A stretch of DNA of 64,000 nucleotides from Escherichia phage mio: sequence record MN850631.1; one strand, written 5' to 3'. Below, one piece after another: positions 8,290-14,418 of this stretch (its first letter is position 1; every line of letters starts with the position of its first letter). The notes below the pieces were generated by a model. That model did no database searches. It was not told the origin of the DNA and worked only from the letters and a program-made list of their open reading frames with translations. The position numbers and the translations under genes are program-made.

Positions 8290-8539
8290 TTTGGATTCTC
8301 CAGTTTAGGAAGTGGGCTTGCTTGCCCGTCTGATGCAAATATTAGATAACCATACTCAAAGAGTCAATAGGAATTTTAAAAATATTTTTGCAAGAATTGT
8401 AATGAAACGGGTGCGCGCGACTACCACAAAACAGAACTACAATCAAGAATTATTTTTCAATCCGCTACAAATTTTTCTGTTGACTTTTATTTCCAGATGT
8501 GGTAGCCTTGTGAGAAATGGCGACATTCCCACCTGCACC

Positions 8540-8725
8540 CACCTACCTGCACAATTCTAAAATGATTTTTCTTGCCCGACCTGAGTGGGTTCTGCACGTT
8601 TTGAAAATGAAAAAGCTCTTTGGAGATTACCTGCACAGTTTGAAAATGAATTTTCTCTTTGGAGTTCAAAATTCTCTCTACAGATTTCTCTACAGAACTC
8701 TACCTGCACAATTCTAAAATGAAAA
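8540..8725. repeat. direct repeats in ORF-free gap (CTACCTGCACAATTCTAAAATGA twice; two tandem ~38 bp CTGCACNTTTTGAAAATGA...CTCTTTGGAG units)
   Basis: Identical 23-mer at 8543-8565 and 8700-8722; related units at about 8590-8627 and 8628-8665. Confidence 0.55.
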
Positions 8726-8795
8726 AGCCCTCCTTACCTGAAAAATTTACCAGATAAGAAAGGCTTAGTCTATTGTGAATATTCTACAGAGTTTC

Positions 8796-9581
8796 TTAGT
8801 TCTTTGCGTCTAAGAAGGTAACTTCCGGTGAAGAGAAAATTCCCTCAACATCCTCATCAGTTCTTGCATAGATATATGTATCTGCATCACTGCCAAATGT
8901 TACTGCAATTCTGTGATTGCTCTTCGACAGGTGGGTAACTAGAGCGTTACTTAGAGACATCTTTTCAACCGGAGGGTTACTTTGATGTACCTTACCTTTT
9001 CTTCGTCTGAAGAGGGTAACTGCATCGTCAGTGAACACTACTACACCTGCAAAGTATTCTGGTTCACAGTAGTTCTTCCAACCTGAGCGTAACTTGTGGT
9101 ACATCTCTCCTTCGTAGACATATAGATAGACATCTACACTCTTCATCACCTGATTAATGATAACGGTGACGGCTTGAGGGTCAAGTCCACCGATACCTGC
9201 ACCAATCATAGGTAAACCAACTTTCTTCAACTGATTAACTTCACAGTATCTGTTAAGTTGCTTCAAAGATGACTCTAAAGCACTGTATCGGGCATCTTTA
9301 CCAGTCTTAAGCTGAGTGTAAAGATTGGCTATACGGCCTTGTTTTAAACGTGCTACAGAGAAATTGCCTAGCAAATTTTCACAGGGTTTGTGACCTATAC
9401 CACCTGCATACAGATAAACTTCTGTATCGGTCTCATATGCTTTTGGGTAAAGTTTAGAAATCTTATCAGCGATACCTGCACCCATTAAGTTCATACAGTT
9501 GCAACCGTGACCAATGATATCAAACTTACCTTTATCAAATGCGGAGAAGATATCCCCATTGATGATTTTTACAATACCCAT
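8796..9581 (-). CDS. macrodomain protein (TARG1/DarG-like ADP-ribose binding/hydrolase fold) with ~100 aa C-terminal extension
   Basis: N-terminal GDIFSAFDKGKFDIIGHGCNCMNLMGAGIA...GLPMIGAGIGGL matches the macrodomain pattern; ATG 9579-9581 overlaps upstream stop. Confidence 0.65.
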   Translation of the reverse strand: MGIVKIINGDIFSAFDKGKFDIIGHGCNCMNLMGAGIADKISKLYPKAYETDTEVYLYAGGIGHKPCENLLGNFSVARLKQGRIANLYTQLKTGKDARYSALESSLKQLNRYCEVNQLKKVGLPMIGAGIGGLDPQAVTVIINQVMKSVDVYLYVYEGEMYHKLRSGWKNYCEPEYFAGVVVFTDDAVTLFRRRKGKVHQSNPPVEKMSLSNALVTHLSKSNHRIAVTFGSDADTYIYARTDEDVEGIFSSPEVTFLDAKN

Positions 9582-9782
9582 CTAGCATCTCTCCCAAGAT
9601 TCTTTATCTTCTGAAGGTTTTACACGTTGTCCTTCGTGGTCTACCCAGATACATCCACAACCTTCACAGATTACTGGCATTGCATAGCCAGCTTTAAAGT
9701 CATCTTCAGTGATAAGACCTTTTAAGTCACCTGTATCACGTCCAAACATTTCGATAGCACAATCTTTGCAGAAGTCAGCCAT
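9582..9782 (-). CDS. small Cys-rich protein (66 aa), putative zinc ribbon; track start (GTG 9860) replaced by ATG 9782
   Basis: CKDC...CEGCGC motifs; ATG 9780-9782 overlaps upstream stop by 8 nt. Confidence 0.45.
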   Translation of the reverse strand: MADFCKDCAIEMFGRDTGDLKGLITEDDFKAGYAMPVICEGCGCIWVDHEGQRVKPSEDKESWERC

Positions 9783-10002
9783 TGATAATTGCCTCTTGAA
9801 TGATGATACCTTTACCACAACGACTTTTAAAGTCTTCCAATGGCTGGGAGATAAAGCCACGTAAGCAATAACTGAATGCTAATTTTTTCCTGTAGACTAT
9901 CACATCATTTGCTGTAAAAGGAATCACTTCATTCCTTCCAATAAATACTGCTGAACGTACAATCTTGCAGGTCTTTTTATCTCTGGCTAGTATTACTTTC
10001 AT
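9775..10002 (-). CDS. hypothetical protein (75 aa)
   Basis: ATG 10000-10002; part of tightly overlapping leftward operon. Confidence 0.45.
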   Translation of the reverse strand: MKVILARDKKTCKIVRSAVFIGRNEVIPFTANDVIVYRKKLAFSYCLRGFISQPLEDFKSRCGKGIIIQEAIING

Positions 10003-10303
10003 AGTTTACCTTCTCAGTTAGCTCATACAAGTCAACATGCTCAATACTATCAATGTTGATACCAATCTTTTTGAAGCGTTCTATCACTTCGTTGTCAGTC
10101 ATCCATATCAGACACCAATGATTATGGATGGATTCTTCAAGAAGGTCAACACAGTCTTTAAAAGTTTTTGTATCACTTCTTGTTCCGACTACTGCGATTG
10201 TCCCATACAACCACTTACCATTACCATAAGATACTTGTGCTACGCCAACTTCTTTATCTTTCTCGTAGTAAACGGCTACAAAATCTCTTCCGTTAATCTG
10301 CAT
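9977..10303 (-). CDS. hypothetical protein (108 aa); start moved to ATG 10303 (track start TTG 10342)
   Basis: ATG 10301-10303 preceded by AGAGGAA RBS; alternative ATG at 10333. Confidence 0.45.
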   Translation of the reverse strand: MQINGRDFVAVYYEKDKEVGVAQVSYGNGKWLYGTIAVVGTRSDTKTFKDCVDLLEESIHNHWCLIWMTDNEVIERFKKIGINIDSIEHVDLYELTEKVNYESNTSQR

Positions 10304-10607
10304 TTGTAAGTTCCTCTGTTGGTAATTCACCATTCTCAGCAAAGTATTGAAGGTACGGCAACAGTTCTTTTACCTGTTCTTGATTGAGCTTCATTCTTTG
10401 ATTACCTACAAAATCTTTGCCTACTAACGCTGGGATATCAAGTGTTTTCCAGCCACCATCTAGGTACTGAATAGAGACCTCTTTAGCACCTAACCAGATA
10501 CATGGTTCATATGATGAACTTTCTTGTAAAGTACAAATCTCTCCTTTAGCATCTTTAAATTCTGCATAAGAAAATCCACGATTTGTTGGCTGGAATTGCA
10601 TAATCAT
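10293..10607 (-). CDS. hypothetical protein (104 aa)
   Basis: ATG 10605-10607; overlaps neighbours. Confidence 0.5.
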   Translation of the reverse strand: MIMQFQPTNRGFSYAEFKDAKGEICTLQESSSYEPCIWLGAKEVSIQYLDGGWKTLDIPALVGKDFVGNQRMKLNQEQVKELLPYLQYFAENGELPTEELTNAD

Positions 10608-10873
10608 TTCCTCGTTTTAAGAACTGCTAAGATTTCTTTAGAGTCTGGTAAGAACCATGTGTAGTGATTCTCTTTGATTTCTGGATGAGTGTCAACCTTT
10701 ATTTTGCACTCTTTACCAACATGCTTCAGTTGTGCTGTGATGCCTTGCATAAAAATATGACACATCACGTTATCCATAATGGTCGGTGAGAAATCAATTC
10801 GCATATAAGTTTCTTTTGGTCGTGGTAGCAGTAAGTACCCTTCTACATAGAAAGTGTCTTCATTCTCTGTCAT
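10604..10873 (-). CDS. hypothetical protein (89 aa)
   Basis: ATG 10871-10873; ATGA-type overlap with upstream gene. Confidence 0.5.
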   Translation of the reverse strand: MTENEDTFYVEGYLLLPRPKETYMRIDFSPTIMDNVMCHIFMQGITAQLKHVGKECKIKVDTHPEIKENHYTWFLPDSKEILAVLKTRK

Positions 10874-11139
10874 TGCTGTTTGTTCCCTAATAAAAGCATA
10901 TCAATAAGGTTATTAGCTTTGATTGTGCACTGGTAAAAACCATCACGATAAAACTCAAGGGCTGCTGCCACATCACTACCAGTATTACCTTTGACAGTGA
11001 ATCTTGACTCTTCTTGAGTGTACTTGTCACCCTCACTCACTTGGGAGTTTTTGAATGTACTGTTCACTTTGTTCGTTGAACACCCTGACATAATTATCAG
11101 TAACACAAACATTATAAAACTCTGGCTTAGTTTTTTCAT
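10870..11139 (-). CDS. putative lipoprotein (89 aa), o-spanin-like; gene starts inside the upstream TM-protein gene in another frame
   Basis: Signal MKKLSQSFIMFVLLIIMSGC with lipobox-like MSGC; AGAGGT RBS 8 nt upstream of ATG 11137-11139. Confidence 0.45.
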   Translation of the reverse strand: MKKLSQSFIMFVLLIIMSGCSTNKVNSTFKNSQVSEGDKYTQEESRFTVKGNTGSDVAAALEFYRDGFYQCTIKANNLIDMLLLGNKQQ

Positions 11140-11380
11140 ATGTTAGTACCTCTTTTGTATGCTTATTCTTAGCAAGCACATCTTTCAAATCGTTTTTGTA
11201 ATTGGCGCTTAGTGTGGCTAAACCTTCCTGATAAGCATCTTTAGCAACACTTATTAGTTTCTCATTATTTAGCTCAGCTTCAGCAACTTGATAGTCTCGG
11301 TAAGAGTATCCTCCCCAGACACCCGCTCCAACTAAGAAAACAATTATGAAAGTAGCTTGACAGAACTCTTTAAATGTCAT
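11033..11380 (-). CDS. membrane protein with N-terminal TM helix and coiled-coil-like periplasmic part (115 aa), i-spanin-like
   Basis: N-terminus FIIVFLVGAGVWGGYSY hydrophobic; AGGAGA RBS 7 nt upstream of ATG 11378-11380; overlaps lipoprotein ORF by 107 nt. Confidence 0.5.
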   Translation of the reverse strand: MTFKEFCQATFIIVFLVGAGVWGGYSYRDYQVAEAELNNEKLISVAKDAYQEGLATLSANYKNDLKDVLAKNKHTKEVLTYEKTKPEFYNVCVTDNYVRVFNEQSEQYIQKLPSE

Positions 11381-11394
11381 TTAACAATCTCCTG

Positions 11395-11420
11395 AAATGA
11401 AAAAGGCTCCCGAAGGAGCC
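11395..11420 (-). terminator. putative intrinsic terminator
   Basis: GGCTCC-CGAA-GGAGCC hairpin with T-run on the minus strand. Confidence 0.45.
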
Positions 11421-11432
11421 TGTATCTTAACC

Positions 11433-11897
11433 TTAACCGAGGACTTTAGCAAGGACATTTGCAGCCATCGAAGAAGCTTTTGCAGCAGCAGCTACCCCAG
11501 CTTTGACGGTGCTATCCTTGATAGCAGATACCGTTGCAGCATCAGTAAAGAGATAAGTAGTTGTTTTAGAACCACTTGTAAAGGAAAGCATAAGAGCAGT
11601 TTCCAGATTGAAAGAGCGATACGGAGCACCTTCTTTAACAATACCTTCAGCACCTAATTCTGAAGCCATCCCCATATCATAGATAGTCATCAGGTTTTCT
11701 TTGTGTGCTGTCGTTGAGCCAGAACCTTTTACGTGTTTCTTAACATTCAAAAGAGCGCGATACTCTCGAATGTTACCATCTGCTTTTACGTTGACAGCAC
11801 GGAAGATTTTACCCTCAAAGTTGTTCTTGATAATGTTACGAACTACTTCAGATTTGTTTGCCGTAACGTCCAGTGCTACCGTAATGATATTGTTCAT
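11433..11897 (-). CDS. hypothetical protein (154 aa), Ala-rich C-terminus
   Basis: ATG 11895-11897; no recognisable motif. Confidence 0.55.
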   Translation of the reverse strand: MNNIITVALDVTANKSEVVRNIIKNNFEGKIFRAVNVKADGNIREYRALLNVKKHVKGSGSTTAHKENLMTIYDMGMASELGAEGIVKEGAPYRSFNLETALMLSFTSGSKTTTYLFTDAATVSAIKDSTVKAGVAAAAKASSMAANVLAKVLG

Positions 11898-11907
11898 AAG
11901 TTTTCTC

Positions 11908-12603
11908 TCAATGTTTAACTAACATGGTTTTGATGTGTGGAAGGATTCTGTTCACCTTCTGCACATTCTTCTCTGTATCTTCTATAAAACATACTATATT
12001 AAAGTAAGGCAGAATGCAAGACTGAATCATCCTCACTTTCAAACTTTCTGCACTTATAGAGTTAGTCCCAAAACCACGCATAAAAAGCATGTAGTCATGC
12101 TCTGTGTTATGCCTTAAAAACATCTCAGTAGGTATTCTCTGAGATTCACCTCTCGCTGTCAAGAGTCCAACAGCAGCATGATTAGCAATTGCATCAATGA
12201 TATTGAAAACATACGTTGGTTTTGCTCTTACAGAGTCAAGAAGATTAGTGTACTGTAAAAATGAACCATCAGTCAATTCCGTTGAACAATCTTCGTGATT
12301 AAAATTTGTAAGAACACCATCAATATCTGCTAAGATAAGGTTACCTTTCTCTACAAGGTCTTTATTGACTATGACTAAGCTATCACGACTTACACCTATA
12401 GTCTGTCCAGTCTCTTTATCTTCAACATTCACAATTGGCTCTGATGTGTGGAACTCTTCAAGTGAACATACAACTTCTCTCGCAGTGTCTTCAAAATCCC
12501 TGCACTGTTCTGGAGTCCATACACAGGAATCAAGACCTAACTCATGAGGATGTAAGTCATAAGCATGACACAGTACTTCATCAGACTTTCTTAATTTTTT
12601 CAT
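11908..12603 (-). CDS. HAD-superfamily phosphatase-like protein (231 aa) with N-terminal domain of unknown function
   Basis: LADIDGVLTNF (DxDG motif I) and GLLTARGE (motif II-like) in the C-terminal half. Confidence 0.45.
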   Translation of the reverse strand: MKKLRKSDEVLCHAYDLHPHELGLDSCVWTPEQCRDFEDTAREVVCSLEEFHTSEPIVNVEDKETGQTIGVSRDSLVIVNKDLVEKGNLILADIDGVLTNFNHEDCSTELTDGSFLQYTNLLDSVRAKPTYVFNIIDAIANHAAVGLLTARGESQRIPTEMFLRHNTEHDYMLFMRGFGTNSISAESLKVRMIQSCILPYFNIVCFIEDTEKNVQKVNRILPHIKTMLVKH

Positions 12604-13129
12604 GGTTTACCTTAGAAATGTTTGTTGCAAATTCACATTGAGCGATGACTTTCATGTTGTTATAGACATCTTGAGAATATTTCTTAGCTTTAGGGATTCT
12701 GTACGAATACCCAGCATTATATGATGCTAAAACTTTTTGTAAAGTCTTCTTTGACTTTGGCTGACCATGCACCTTTGTCCAAAACTCAAGTTCTTTGTGC
12801 GTTTCCTTTGCAGCATAGTCAAAGTCTTTTAAGAGTTTCTTTTTAGCCACATTAGGACTGATTTTGTTACGCTTTACAACAGTCTTCAAGTGATTCTGGA
12901 AAATACCATAATCATGTGTCTTTTTATTCTCTACCTTCAGACCTAACTCTGACTCTTGTAAGGCTATAGCAGCTAGAGTGATACCCCAACCTTTACCCAT
13001 GTTATTCTCACCATACTGGTAAGCTTTTAACATGTTTACTTTTTGGCTAATTGATAGCTCTGGGCAGTCAACTGCATAAGATAAGTGTGCTGTAAACATT
13101 AAGCACAAACCTAGAATCAATTTCTTCAT
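12581..13129 (-). CDS. secreted lytic transglycosylase (SLT domain) with N-terminal signal peptide
   Basis: Signal MKKLILGLCLMFTAHLSYA; SLT motifs ALQESELG, DYGIFQ, ASYNAGYSY. Confidence 0.7.
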   Translation of the reverse strand: MKKLILGLCLMFTAHLSYAVDCPELSISQKVNMLKAYQYGENNMGKGWGITLAAIALQESELGLKVENKKTHDYGIFQNHLKTVVKRNKISPNVAKKKLLKDFDYAAKETHKELEFWTKVHGQPKSKKTLQKVLASYNAGYSYRIPKAKKYSQDVYNNMKVIAQCEFATNISKVNHEKIKKV

Positions 13130-13184
13130 TGGTTCTCCTGTTTAGTTTATCGTGACAACAATTATACAGCACTCTGCACAAAAT

Positions 13185-13212
13185 ACAAATAAAAAAGGCC
13201 GCCGAAGCAGCC
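13185..13212 (-). terminator. putative intrinsic terminator downstream of rIIB
   Basis: GGCTGC-TTCG-GCGGCC hairpin (minus strand, one G-U pair) followed by TTTTTT. Confidence 0.4.
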
Positions 13213-13229
13213 TTTTAAGAAATTACTTA

Positions 13230-14339
13230 TTAGATTTCACGTTTACGTTGTGAGATAAGTTCTCCAGCAGTGCCAACGATGACATGCAAAGCTTCAGTCT
13301 TGCCATCCCATTCTTTCAGCACTTTACGTTGGTTATCAACGATTGCTGCAACTTCATAACGAGACGAACGCATCTTCATATCGTTGTAATCAGTTGGAAC
13401 AGATACAACATCTCGTGGATGGACACGAACCTTCAGGATTGTATCACCTGAGAAGCAACGAACATAATCCCAAGCACCAACATGAAGACCTTGAGAGCAA
13501 GTTACGTTACGGTTATTATCAACCATCCAACGTGGCATCTCTACAATGTTACCCAAATCATTAGGTACTCTGTAGGTGTGGGAGTCAACCAGCTTGCCTT
13601 CACGAGTAGACACTTTCTTCCAACCAATGATGTAGCCTTCTTCATCAATTTCAACATCAAGGTGAGATACGAATCCCCAAAGTTGTTCTACAGAATCTTT
13701 AGATGGGTTTTCCATCAGTTTTTCGAAGAACATCACAAGGCGTTCAAAACCCTTATCTCCAGTCTTCATCATGTGAAGAATACGGTCAACAAGAGTAGAA
13801 CGCATCTCAACAGCACCGTAGAATAACTTGTCACCTTTGATTGTGATAGCACCTTGAGTGAAGTTTTCGATAGACTTACGAATATTCATCAGTTCAAAGG
13901 CTTTCTTGAACTCACCTTTCACAACATGAACTACAATCTCTTGATAGTTCGGATGAGTAGATTCAACAATTTCAGACTCTGAACCGTAAGTCATAATTAC
14001 AGAGTCACCAGTAATCATGTACTCAATCTTGTCATCTTTCTGCATAGCTTCGTGCAGTTTATTTACTGGAGCTTTCTCTACAGATTCTTTAACAACCTTT
14101 TTAACTGGCTTGTCAGCTTTCTTTTTAAAGGTCTTAGCAACTTGCTTTAAAGTCTTTGTAGCTGGTGTAGAAGTTGCCTTTTTATTCCCTTTTAAGGTTG
14201 CTTCATGACGCTCTACAGCACGACCGACTGAACGGGTTGAGGTGTTAAATTTCTGTGCAATAGCTGTTTTAGTCAGCTTGCCCTCTTTAACCAGTTTGTA
14301 AATTTCTGCGTCAATCTGTGCTTTAGTTTTAGTAGTCAT
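13230..14339 (-). CDS. rIIB: rIIB-like protein
   Basis: 369 aa with N-terminal helix-turn-helix-like region, immediately downstream of the rIIA-like gene (conserved rIIA-rIIB order). Confidence 0.6.
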   Translation of the reverse strand: MTTKTKAQIDAEIYKLVKEGKLTKTAIAQKFNTSTRSVGRAVERHEATLKGNKKATSTPATKTLKQVAKTFKKKADKPVKKVVKESVEKAPVNKLHEAMQKDDKIEYMITGDSVIMTYGSESEIVESTHPNYQEIVVHVVKGEFKKAFELMNIRKSIENFTQGAITIKGDKLFYGAVEMRSTLVDRILHMMKTGDKGFERLVMFFEKLMENPSKDSVEQLWGFVSHLDVEIDEEGYIIGWKKVSTREGKLVDSHTYRVPNDLGNIVEMPRWMVDNNRNVTCSQGLHVGAWDYVRCFSGDTILKVRVHPRDVVSVPTDYNDMKMRSSRYEVAAIVDNQRKVLKEWDGKTEALHVIVGTAGELISQRKREI

Positions 14340-14418
14340 CTTATTACTCTCTCTTGTTAGTTAATAAATCATTTTGTGAGACTATTCTAAGGGGCTTCAA
14401 AGCCCCTTGTCAAGCACT

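Noticed and set aside
8312-8717. Plus-strand ORFs 8312..8560 and 8517..8717 in the repeat cluster
   Set aside because: They are created by ATG-containing direct repeats, lack RBS context and have low-complexity translations; treated as non-coding.
8540-8725. Possible CRISPR array
   Set aside because: Only two exact and two degenerate repeat copies with irregular spacing and no uniform repeat-spacer periodicity; no cas genes; this is a lytic phage context.
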